A DNA stretch of 51,136 bases from an uncultured bacterium (GTDB lineage: Bacteria; Patescibacteriota; Minisyncoccia; Phycocordibacterales; GWA1-40-21), in NCBI GenBank assembly GCA_903831595.1, contig CAIKXY010000010.1, positions 1 through 51,136 on the forward strand. Direction: 5' to 3'. The first letter of the stretch is position 1, and each line of letters starts with the position of its first letter. The translations under genes and the position numbers were made by a program. The notes beneath the pieces are model-generated. The model searched no databases, was not told the DNA's origin, and was given only the letters and a program-made list of their open reading frames with translations. Shown here in pieces: positions 10,313 through 18,810 of the stretch.

Positions 10313-10341
10313 TTGACTTTATATTATCTTTACTATATAAT
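10313..10341 (+). promoter_or_regulatory. sigma70-like promoter
   Basis: TTGACT (10313-10318), a 17-nt spacer, then TATAAT (10336-10341), about 60-70 nt upstream of the repeat-protein gene. Confidence 0.5.
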
Positions 10342-10410
10342 ACTCTTAGCTTTTATAAACCTTTTTCAGTTCACATTGTCTGAGCTCATGGGTTTATATT
10401 GGAAAATTAT

Positions 10411-11475
10411 ATGAAAAAAATACAAAATAAAAATAAATACTATTATTCAATAATGACTATTTTTATAATGGCAACTTTTGTTATATTGCCGTTAATTGTC
10501 TCTGCAGAAGACTATATTTTTACGGGTGGTGGTTCTAACAGTCAGACGACAACAGGTGGGGGGTCAATTTCTCAATCAACATCTGGCGGGGGCTCGGTCT
10601 CTCAGACCACAGTTGGTGGTGGATCAGTATCTCAAACAGTAGCTGGTGGGGGTTCAGTATCTCAAACAGTAGCTGGGGGAGGTTCGGTTTCACAAACTAT
10701 AGCTGGAGGAGGTTCTATTTCTCAAACAGTAAGTGGCGGTGGAAGTTTTCAAGTTTATCAAACACAACCAGGGATTCTTTATAGTGGTTCACAAATTATA
10801 TATGCTAACCAACCATTAGTTCAGACACCAACTGGTATTACTTATGTTGATTATCCAATAAATTATGTAAATAGTGGATCCAGTCAAACAAATGGAGGTG
10901 TTTTATACACTAATTATCCAACCAATTATTCCGGACAGATCCAGTCGACAAATAGTAATACGTACTCTACGACATATCCTACGTATTATTCCCAACCAAC
11001 TTATTACACACAACCATTACCAGCACAAAATCAAGTTTTAGCTTACACAGACACTAATCCAAGTTTGAGCTCAGTTTATTTGAGTGATGTTCCATATACG
11101 GGCTTGTCAGATTCTTTACCAATAATAATTTTTATTTTATCTCTTATACTTTGGAGCGGAATATTGGCGTATGTATTTTTAAAAAGAAAAATTCATTCTA
11201 AAAATCTTTTAGCTACCGCATCTATAAGTGGAGTTGAATTAATAAATAACAAAAATCATTTGATGAACCAAAAATTTTTAATTCAAATTGAAAACGATAA
11301 TTCAGATATAAGTAAAGTAGAAGAATATGCAAGAATGAATAAAGTGCTTCTTTCTTCTGATGCAGCCGCAAAACTTGTAAAACTTGCAAGACTTGGGAAG
11401 ATAAAAGCTTCTGAGTTTATTAAAAATTCTGCAAATGGTGAATGGAAAGCTATTGGAGAAGGAGATATTAAATAA
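10411..11475 (+). CDS. secreted/membrane-anchored repeat protein (GGGSxSQT decapeptide repeats, Q/Y/T-rich region, TM helix, C-terminal cytoplasmic domain)
   Basis: The ORF-track frame is 10399..11475. ATG 10411 gives MKKIQNK plus a hydrophobic signal-like segment. There are 7.5 tandem decapeptide units, the motif DVPYTG followed by a TM helix and KRK, then a tail of about 95 aa. Confidence 0.6.
   Translation: MKKIQNKNKYYYSIMTIFIMATFVILPLIVSAEDYIFTGGGSNSQTTTGGGSISQSTSGGGSVSQTTVGGGSVSQTVAGGGSVSQTVAGGGSVSQTIAGGGSISQTVSGGGSFQVYQTQPGILYSGSQIIYANQPLVQTPTGITYVDYPINYVNSGSSQTNGGVLYTNYPTNYSGQIQSTNSNTYSTTYPTYYSQPTYYTQPLPAQNQVLAYTDTNPSLSSVYLSDVPYTGLSDSLPIIIFILSLILWSGILAYVFLKRKIHSKNLLATASISGVELINNKNHLMNQKFLIQIENDNSDISKVEEYARMNKVLLSSDAAAKLVKLARLGKIKASEFIKNSANGEWKAIGEGDIK
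10522..10746 (+). repeat. 30-bp in-frame tandem repeat (about 7.5 units) encoding (T/S/V/A)GGGS(V/I/N)SQT(T/V/I)
   Basis: Read directly from the sequence. Adjacent central units are nearly identical at the DNA level (gctggtgggggttcagtatctcaaacagta repeated). Confidence 0.85.
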
Positions 11476-11493
11476 TTTAATAAATACAAAATG

Positions 11494-11529
11494 TAGAAAA
11501 GCAGGCTTAAAATAAGGCCTGTTTTTCTA
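11494..11529 (+). terminator. intrinsic terminator hairpin
   Basis: tagaaaagcaggc...gcctgtttttcta imperfect hairpin just after the stop at 11475. Confidence 0.5.
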
Positions 11530-11558
11530 TTGACATACTGTTTCCTTTAGTGTATACT
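11530..11558 (+). promoter_or_regulatory. consensus-like sigma70 promoter
   Basis: TTGACA (11530-11535), a 17-nt spacer, then TATACT (11553-11558). It is followed by a structured leader of about 120 nt. Confidence 0.55.
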
Positions 11559-11683
11559 AGTTAACAGAGGGGCGAGGTTTTTTCTACCATTAATGTGGTC
11601 CTGCGTGACTACTATGGTTGTAACTTGCCCTTTTCTTTTTATCAAAAAATCGCGCAAAATTTGCGCAAACTACGGAGGTAGTC

Positions 11684-12259
11684 ATGGATAATGATAATAA
11701 GATTAGTTTTTTCAAAACAAAAGTAATACCCGTAATAGGATGGGGGGTGGTAATTATTTCCGCCCTATATTTACTGGTGTCGTTTGGCCAGGCTCTGATT
11801 GGAGGCTACAGGTATTATCATGCAGATACCATAGTAGCTGTTCAAATGAAACAGAGCACCACTGGCAATCATCAGACACAGAAACATGATGATGAGGAAG
11901 TGGTAAAGAAAAGCGAAAAATCGGCGGTTTCAATACCTCCGGTAATAGCAACCACAACCTCAACAGCAACACCAGTGGCAACAGTAACATCAACAGCAAC
12001 CTGCCATATAGGTTGGGTTGACAATAAAAGCTCGAAGCCTCTAAGGGTCTGGCAATATTTTTTAGAAGACCGGAGGTGGGTCGGCGAAGTTAAACCGGGG
12101 GATAGGTTTGGAATTAGAGAACCCCTCGATTTCCAAACCAGCTTCGAGTATTTAAAGCTTTATACAGAGCAAGATGGGGGAGAGGGAATATATCATAAAT
12201 TTTATTTCCCGTTAAAAACCCCTACAGAGCAGACTTGGGACGGAAGGTCCCAGCAGTAA
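11684..12259 (+). CDS. membrane-anchored hypothetical protein
   Basis: 191 aa. GGAGG Shine-Dalgarno 5 nt upstream, an N-terminal TM helix, a Thr/Ala-rich linker (ATTTSTATPVATVTSTAT) and a globular C-terminal domain. Visibly higher GC than its neighbours. Confidence 0.6.
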   Translation: MDNDNKISFFKTKVIPVIGWGVVIISALYLLVSFGQALIGGYRYYHADTIVAVQMKQSTTGNHQTQKHDDEEVVKKSEKSAVSIPPVIATTTSTATPVATVTSTATCHIGWVDNKSSKPLRVWQYFLEDRRWVGEVKPGDRFGIREPLDFQTSFEYLKLYTEQDGGEGIYHKFYFPLKTPTEQTWDGRSQQ

Positions 12260-12271
12260 ACAAAGGAGAAG

Positions 12272-12313
12272 AAACCCGTGCGATTGGAAACAATTGCGCG
12301 GGTTTATTTTTTT
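12272..12313 (+). terminator. intrinsic terminator (GAAA tetraloop hairpin plus T-run)
   Basis: aacccgtgcgattg-gaaa-caattgcgcgggtt followed by tattttttt. Confidence 0.65.
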
Positions 12314-12324
12314 ATTCAAAATAT

Positions 12325-12374
12325 AATAACCGGACTTTTTGTTGGATATACAACAAAAAGTCCGGTTATTTTTC
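12325..12374 (+). terminator. second, 20-bp perfect hairpin plus T-run (orphan terminator-like element)
   Basis: aataaccggactttttgttg-gatata-caacaaaaagtccggttatt followed by tttt. Confidence 0.55.
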
Positions 12375-12399
12375 TATATATTTGTGCTAAAATTAGATT

Positions 12400-12834
12400 A
12401 TGAAAACTATCAGCAAAAGTCTTTCTGATACACAAAAAATAGCGGAAGATTTTATTAAAAAAATATCAAACGAGGCTCAGGATAGCGCATTAGTCATTGG
12501 GCTTTATGGTGACCTTGGTTCTGGAAAAACAACCTTTACACAAGCAATAGCAAAACTTTTTAATATTAATGAAGATGTTACGAGCCCAACTTTTGTTATA
12601 GAAAAAATATATCCAATAAATTACAAAAATTTTGAAAAACTTATTCACATAGATGCATATCGTTTGGATTCGGCAAAAGAACTTTTTACACTTGATTGGG
12701 AGAGAACTTTAAGTGATTCAAAAAATATTATTTTTATAGAGTGGCCAGAAAGGGTGCTTGAAGTTTTGCCCAAAAATCATACAAAAATATTTTTTAAATT
12801 TTTGAGTGAGAATGAAAGAGAAATTGAAATATAA
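12400..12834 (+). CDS. tsaE: tRNA threonylcarbamoyladenosine biosynthesis ATPase TsaE
   Basis: 144 aa with the P-loop GDLGSGKTTFTQ in the typical YjeE/TsaE context. Confidence 0.85.
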   Translation: MKTISKSLSDTQKIAEDFIKKISNEAQDSALVIGLYGDLGSGKTTFTQAIAKLFNINEDVTSPTFVIEKIYPINYKNFEKLIHIDAYRLDSAKELFTLDWERTLSDSKNIIFIEWPERVLEVLPKNHTKIFFKFLSENEREIEI

Positions 12835-12837
12835 AAA

Positions 12838-15254
12838 ATGGCCAAAAAAATAGATAACAAAAAAACATTAGTCCTCTTAGATGTCCACGCGATTATTCAT
12901 CGTGCGTATCATGCGCTTCCTGAATTTGCTACAAGTAAAGGTGAGCCAACAGGTGCACTTTATGGACTTTCAACTATGCTTTTGAAAATTATTTCTGATT
13001 TAAAACCAGATTATATTGCTGCTTGTTATGACTTGCCCAAGCCAACTTATAGACACGAAGCATACAAAGATTATAAAGCTGGCAGAGCAAAAGCAGATGA
13101 TGAACTCATAACTCAATTAAAAAAATCTTACGATATATTCCGCGCATTTAATATACCGGTTTATTCAAAAGAAGGTTTTGAAGCAGACGATATGATTGGG
13201 ACAATCGTAGCAAAGAATAAAAAAAATAAAGATTTGAATATTGTAGTTGCGAGCGGCGATATGGACACACTACAACTTGTCGATGGTGATAAAGTCAGAG
13301 TTTACACTTTGAAAAAGGGGATTAAAGATACAATTATTTATAATGAAAAAGCGGTTATTGAAAGATACGGATTTGGTCCAAAGCTTTTACCGGATTACAA
13401 AGGACTTCGTGGTATCCATCAGATAATATTATAGGTATAAAAGGTATTGGGGAAGTGACAGCTAGTGATTTGATACAAAAATTTGGTTCAATTGAAGAAA
13501 TTTATAAAAAATTAAAGAAAAATAAAAAACAATTTGAAGAGGCGGGGATAAAAGAGAGGATTATTGGTTTGCTTATCGAAGGCGAGGAAGAAGCAAAATT
13601 TTCAAAAATGCTTGGGACTATAAGGCTTGATGCACCAATAGATTTTGCTATTCCAGAGAAAACATGGAAAGAAAATATTGATGTAGAAAAAATAATTTCC
13701 GTTTGGAGCGATTTAGAATTTAGAACTCTAGGGGCAAGATTGAAGGATATAATAAATGGAAAACCTAAAGCTGAAAATCAAAAAGTAGATGTAGAAAAAA
13801 AAGAAGAAAAAAATCAAATAATTGATACAGGATTGTTTGGACCTGATATTGATGGAGAAAAAGTAAAAGAACTCTCAATAATTCTTTGGCTTATAAATTC
13901 AAATGTGACCAATCCAACTCTCGAAGATATTTATAATTTTACAAAAGTAAAAGATTTAGGCGATGCAGAGAAAATTTTAATGGATGAATTAAAGAAAAGG
14001 GAGCTTGTGAAAGTTTGGGAGAAAATAGAAAAACCACTTATTCCAATAATTGAAAAAATGGAAAAAATTGGAGTAAAGATAGATAAAAAAGAGCTTGGTA
14101 TTTTATCAAAAACATATCATGAGAAACTTTCAATTTTAGAAAAGAAAATTTGGGAATTGGCGGGTGGAGAATTTAATATTAATTCACCAAAACAACTCGG
14201 AGAAATACTTTTTGTTAAGCTTGGTTTGAAACCAAAAAATCAGAAAAAAACTGGCTCTGGTGCACTATCCACAAAAGAATCTGAGCTTGAAAAAATGCGC
14301 GATATGCACCCAATAATTCCTTTTGTTTTTGAGTACAGAGAGTTGCAAAAACTTCTTTCAACATATATTGATGTAATTCCAAACCTTCTTGATGAAAACG
14401 ATAGACTTCATGCAAAGTTTTTACAGGCGGGAACAACGACAGGAAGACTTGCATCTTCAGATCCAAACTTACAAAATATTCCAAACTCAAGTGAGCTCGG
14501 TAGAAACATAAGAAAATCATTTATTACAGAAAAAGGATGTAAACTTTTAGCTTTCGATTATTCACAAATTGAGATTCGTATCGCTGCATTTTTAGCAAAC
14601 GATAAAAAGCTTATAGAAATTTTTAAAAATGGAGAAGATGTACACACTGCTGTTGCATCTGAAGTTTTTGGGGTTTCAAAAGAAAAAGTTGATAAAGAAA
14701 TGAGAAGAAAAGCGAAAGTAATAAACTTTGGAATAATGTATGGAATGGGTGTTAACTCTTTGAAAGGGCAACTTGGCTCAACTCGTGAAGAAGCACAAAA
14801 ATATTTGGACGAATATTTTAATAAATTTAATGGTTTAGCAAAATATTTAGAAAATGTAAAAATTGAGACAGAAAAACTTGGATATACAGAGACTTTTTTT
14901 AGTAGACGAAGATATTTTGAAGGAATGCGAAGCAAAATTCCATTTATCCGTGCGATGGCTGAAAGAATGGCAATAAATGCACCGATACAGGGGACAGAAG
15001 CAGACCTGATAAAACTTGCTATGGTAAAAATTGATGAATTTATTATTGCAGAAAAGTTGGGACAAAAAGTTAAACTCACTCTTCAGGTGCACGACGAACT
15101 TGTTTATGAAGTTGATGAAAAAATCGCAGAAGAAGTGGCGCCAAAAATTAAAAATATTATGGAAAGTCTGGTACCAATTAAAGATACAAAGGGGATTGTA
15201 ATGAAGGCTGATGTTTCAGTCGGAGAGGATTGGAAGGAGATGAAAAAATTATAA
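12838..15254 (+). pseudogene. polA: DNA polymerase I interrupted by a single-nucleotide frameshift (two ORFs, 12838..13434 and 13455..15254)
   Basis: ORF1 is the 5'-3' exonuclease domain and ends ...YKGLRGIHQIIL*. The frame of ORF2 reads PSDNIIGIKGIGEVTASDL from 13416, which is the conserved GDxSDNIPG(V/I)xGIGEKTA H3TH motif split at Gly-Asp. One missing base after ggt (13411-13413) explains the split. ORF2 carries Pol A motifs DYSQIEIR, RRKAKVINFGIMYG and QVHDEL. Confidence 0.85.
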
Positions 15255-15290
15255 AAATTTCCCCTAGGCTCCACCTCGGGGAAATTTTTT
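15255..15290. terminator. hairpin terminator between convergent polA and tig
   Basis: aaatttcccc...ggggaaattt followed by ttt. Confidence 0.55.
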
Positions 15291-15295
15291 ATAGT

Positions 15296-16357
15296 TTATT
15301 TTTGGTTTTCTAGGAATTTAATCACCGCATCATTCACAAGCACCATTTCAACATAAGCTTTTACTCTTTCTGGGTCTGCTCCTTTGTATTGTTCCATCAA
15401 ATTTTTAATTTCTTTTTCAGCTTGCTCTTTGTTTGGTTCAATTTTTTCTTCCAACGATATTTTTTGTAATACAAGTTGGGTTTTGGCTCTTTTTTCTGCA
15501 TCCGGATACCATTCTTTTCTCAAGTCTTCCCAAGTTTTTTTAATATGTTTTAAATATTCTTCAGGCTGAAGTCCCATTTGGGCTATATCAGCTTTAAATT
15601 GACCTTCCATTTTTGAAAGCTCACTTTCTACAACCATTTTTGGCATTTCAATTTTTGTTTCCTCGGCGAGTTTTTCTATTAATCTTGTTCTTTTTTTGTT
15701 TTCGGCATGAATTTCTTTTTCTTTTGCGATATTTATTTTTAATTTTGCTTTAAAGTCGGTAACATCCTTAAAATCACCAAGTTTTTTTACAAATTCATCA
15801 TTAAGTTCTGGAAGTTTTATTTCTTCTCCTTCAACATGCTTTTCACCTGCTGCATGAGTATGATTTTGATTTGCATACATTTTTCTGATTTGTTCGATTG
15901 TTTCATCGATTTGTTTTTCTGTGACCTCTTCAACTTTTTCTTCTATTTTGTTTTCTTTTTTAGCAATTTTTTTATAATCAGGAAGTTTTACTTCTGGCAT
16001 AACAGTCGCCTTTATCTTAAATTCGATAGGGGAGCCAATAGCAATTTTACTCAAAGCGATTTCTGGTCGGCCGAGGAAATTAATTTTTGATTCAACCAAT
16101 ATTTCAATAGCACAATCATTAATGGCCATTTCACCTGCGTCTTCAAGGATTCCCATTTCTCCAAATTTTTCTTTAATTTTTGCATCTGGAACATGGCCTT
16201 TTCTAAAGCCGGGAAGCTCTGCAATTTCTTTAATTTTTTTAAAGGCTTTTATTTTATAATCTTCCAAAGCTTCAGTTGTGATTTCGGCTGTTATTTCTAC
16301 AACACAATCTGGCAACTTTTTTGTATCTTTTATTTTATATATTTTTGTTGTTTTCAT
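15296..16357 (-). CDS. tig: trigger factor lacking the PPIase domain
   Basis: Ribosome-binding signature PGFRKGHVP in the N-domain and a C-terminal arm domain. It is 353 aa, and the segment where the FKBP-type PPIase domain normally sits is replaced by about 15 residues. Confidence 0.85.
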   Translation of the reverse strand: MKTTKIYKIKDTKKLPDCVVEITAEITTEALEDYKIKAFKKIKEIAELPGFRKGHVPDAKIKEKFGEMGILEDAGEMAINDCAIEILVESKINFLGRPEIALSKIAIGSPIEFKIKATVMPEVKLPDYKKIAKKENKIEEKVEEVTEKQIDETIEQIRKMYANQNHTHAAGEKHVEGEEIKLPELNDEFVKKLGDFKDVTDFKAKLKINIAKEKEIHAENKKRTRLIEKLAEETKIEMPKMVVESELSKMEGQFKADIAQMGLQPEEYLKHIKKTWEDLRKEWYPDAEKRAKTQLVLQKISLEEKIEPNKEQAEKEIKNLMEQYKGADPERVKAYVEMVLVNDAVIKFLENQK

Positions 16358-16395
16358 ATAAAAGGCAGTTTATATGAAAAATGAGAAAAATGCAA

Positions 16396-16434
16396 AAAAA
16401 AGAGGGGTTTCGCGCAGCGAAACCCCTCTTTTTA
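16396..16434. terminator. GC-rich hairpin terminator
   Basis: agaggggtttcgc-gca-gcgaaacccctct with flanking A- and T-runs, downstream of the minus-strand gene ending at 16442. Confidence 0.65.
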
Positions 16435-16441
16435 AATTTAG

Positions 16442-16687
16442 TTATAAACTATTAATTCCGTCACCTAAACCGTCAGTGTTTACAGCGTTTACATCTTTTT
16501 CAATATCAGAAACTGCGTCTGAAGAAGTTGAAGTTGTAGCTATTTCTTTTTGTATTGCAGCTTTAAATTCATTGCTTTTTTCTATCCTTTGCCCGGCAAA
16601 ATAGAAAGCTCCAACCAAGAGTATTACAATCACAATCATAATACCTATGATAGCTCCTAAATCTGTTGTTTTTTTGTTATTTTCCAT
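16442..16687 (-). CDS. small single-pass membrane protein, hypothetical
   Basis: 81 aa with one strong TM helix (LGAIIGIMIVIVILLVGAFYFAG). It sits 5 nt after the upstream ORF and is followed by a terminator. Confidence 0.5.
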   Translation of the reverse strand: MENNKKTTDLGAIIGIMIVIVILLVGAFYFAGQRIEKSNEFKAAIQKEIATTSTSSDAVSDIEKDVNAVNTDGLGDGINSL

Positions 16688-16692
16688 GTTAG

Positions 16693-17361
16693 TTATTGAT
16701 TATTTGTGCTTGTAGATTCAGTTTGTGGCGTTGACGTAGAATATTTTTCTTTCAATTGATCATTTTTTAATGATTCGACCACCTTAATTATTGACGCATG
16801 TGCAATTTTTATAGCATTTTTTGTTTTATCACTTTGTATTTTTATGCTTTTAAGTATTGAATTTCTTTGTATTTTTTCAGCTGTATTTGTAGATGTTGGA
16901 ATATTTTGTGCTAAAAGATTTTCTAGACTTGTAAGCTCCGTTGCTGCCAAAAAAACATTTGTCTTTGCAGTTGCCAAAAGTGCTTTTAGTACTGAGGTGT
17001 CTGTGCCACTTGCATCTATTTTGGAGATTCTCGATTCAATTCTTACAACTAAATCATTTAAGTTTCTTATTATTTTCTCAAACTGGTCCGCAATTTTTAT
17101 TTTTTGTTCATCAAGTTTTTTACCAATTTTTATTTCTATATCATTTTTCAACTCTTGTTTTTTCTCGTCCAATTTTACAGTAGTAGAGGCAATTTTTTCT
17201 TTCAATTTTGATTTTTCTATTTCAGCTTTCTGTCTGATATCTTCAATTTTTTGTTTTACTTGTTCAATTTTATTTTTTGTAGATGAAGATATTTCTGCGG
17301 AAGCTATTCCGAAGAAAAATAGTGAGACAAGTATCATTGAAGGAAGTAAATATTTTTTCAT
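16693..17361 (-). CDS. secreted coiled-coil hypothetical protein
   Basis: 222 aa with a signal-peptide-like N-terminus (MKKYLLPSMILVSLFFFGIASAE) and a Lys/Glu-rich heptad-like body. Confidence 0.55.
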   Translation of the reverse strand: MKKYLLPSMILVSLFFFGIASAEISSSTKNKIEQVKQKIEDIRQKAEIEKSKLKEKIASTTVKLDEKKQELKNDIEIKIGKKLDEQKIKIADQFEKIIRNLNDLVVRIESRISKIDASGTDTSVLKALLATAKTNVFLAATELTSLENLLAQNIPTSTNTAEKIQRNSILKSIKIQSDKTKNAIKIAHASIIKVVESLKNDQLKEKYSTSTPQTESTSTNNQ

Positions 17362-17431
17362 TTTGTTTAATTGTTAGTTAATAATATAAACATATTATAC
17401 TATTTATAACTCTACTTTTGCAAACAATAAT

Positions 17432-17464
17432 AAAAGGCGGTTTTGCAAAGCAAAACCGCCTTTT
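17432..17464. terminator. hairpin terminator downstream of nusA
   Basis: aaaaggcggttttgc-aaa-gcaaaaccgcctttt. Confidence 0.65.
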
Positions 17465-17479
17465 ATTATTGTTTTTATT

Positions 17480-18673
17480 TTATGCTTTTATCTCTTCTTC
17501 CTCTGCCTCAATGTATTCTCCTTCAACTGAAATAATATCTATTTTCCATCCAGTAAGCTTAGCTGCAAGACGAACATTTTGTCCTCCTTTTCCGATGGCA
17601 AGTGATTGCTGATCAGCTGCTACTTCTACCTCGGCTTTCTTCTCAGTCTCATCAACTGTGACGGAAAGAATTCTTGCTGGAGATAAAGATTCTTCAATAA
17701 ATTTCTTTGGGTCTGCTGACCATTCAATAATGTCTATTTTTTCTCCACCAAGTTCAGACATAACCGTTGAAACTCTTACACCCCTTTGTCCGACGAGCGA
17801 ACCAACTGGGTCAATATGCTCATCCTTTGAAGCAACTGCAATTTTTGATCGGGATCCTGCTTCTCTTGCGATTGATTTTATTTCGATAACCCCTGTTCCA
17901 AGCTCTGGTGACTCCGCTCTAAATAATTCCTCTAAGAATTTTGGATGTGAACGAGAAAGTCTCAAGAAGATTCCTTTTGGTGTTTCTTCCACTCTATATA
18001 GGTATCCACGAATTCTTTCTCCTGGTTTAAATTTTTCTCCTGGAATCTGTTCTTCAAATGGAAGTATTGCTGTTGCTCTTCCCATATCTACAAAAAGATT
18101 TCCTCTTTCAAGTCTTTGTACGATACCTGTGACGATGGCACCTTCTTTTTCTCCATATTCATTAAACACAGAAACTTTTTCTGCCTCTCTTATCTTTTGG
18201 ACAATAACCTGTTTTGCTGTTTGTGCGGCAATTCTTCCGTAATCACTCTTTTCTTCAAGAGGGAAGACAAGCTCGTCTCCAACTTTTGCATCTTTTTTAA
18301 TTCTTTTTGCATCTTCAATAAAAATATGATGTTCAGGATTGTAATAAACAATTTTTTCTCCTTTATCATTTAATTCAATTTTTTCCTCCTCTATCTTTTT
18401 TGTTCTTTTGAATCTTTCTTCGGCGTCTTTATCTTCTTTTTCTTCACGAATAACAACACTGTCTTTATCTACGACAGTTTTTATTTGTGCGAATTCCATT
18501 TTTCCGCTTGCAAGGTCAACTTTTGCTTTTATAATTTGGCCTCTTTTCCCATATTCTTTTTTGTAAGCAGTTGCCAAAGCCATCTCAATTGCTTCAAGCA
18601 TTTTTTCTTTTGGAATTCCTCTTTCTTGTTCCATTTGTTCAATAACAGAGTTTATTACTTTTAGGTCTATCAT
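17480..18673 (-). CDS. nusA: transcription termination/antitermination factor NusA
   Basis: 397 aa with N-terminal, S1 and two KH domains, e.g. GGQNVRLAAKLTGWKIDI. Confidence 0.95.
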   Translation of the reverse strand: MIDLKVINSVIEQMEQERGIPKEKMLEAIEMALATAYKKEYGKRGQIIKAKVDLASGKMEFAQIKTVVDKDSVVIREEKEDKDAEERFKRTKKIEEEKIELNDKGEKIVYYNPEHHIFIEDAKRIKKDAKVGDELVFPLEEKSDYGRIAAQTAKQVIVQKIREAEKVSVFNEYGEKEGAIVTGIVQRLERGNLFVDMGRATAILPFEEQIPGEKFKPGERIRGYLYRVEETPKGIFLRLSRSHPKFLEELFRAESPELGTGVIEIKSIAREAGSRSKIAVASKDEHIDPVGSLVGQRGVRVSTVMSELGGEKIDIIEWSADPKKFIEESLSPARILSVTVDETEKKAEVEVAADQQSLAIGKGGQNVRLAAKLTGWKIDIISVEGEYIEAEEEEIKA

Positions 18674-18810
18674 GTTGATTTTTGTTAATTTTTTAAAAAA
18701 ATAAGCCCGCCACCGGCGAACTTCAATACCTATATGTTAGCAGAATAAACTTTTTTGTCAAATAATACAAATTATAGCTAAAATAAAAAGTTACTGATAA
18801 TATATAGAGC

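Noticed and set aside
10522-10746. Regular 30-bp repeats as a possible CRISPR array
   Set aside because: The repeats are contiguous without spacers, in frame and coding (a GGGSxSQT decapeptide). This is not a CRISPR array, and no cas genes or other arrays are seen in the window.
11075-11190. VPYTG + TM + KRK as a genuine sortase sorting signal
   Set aside because: The motif is not C-terminal, since about 95 further residues follow, and no sortase gene is present in the window. It is kept only as a note within the repeat-protein finding.
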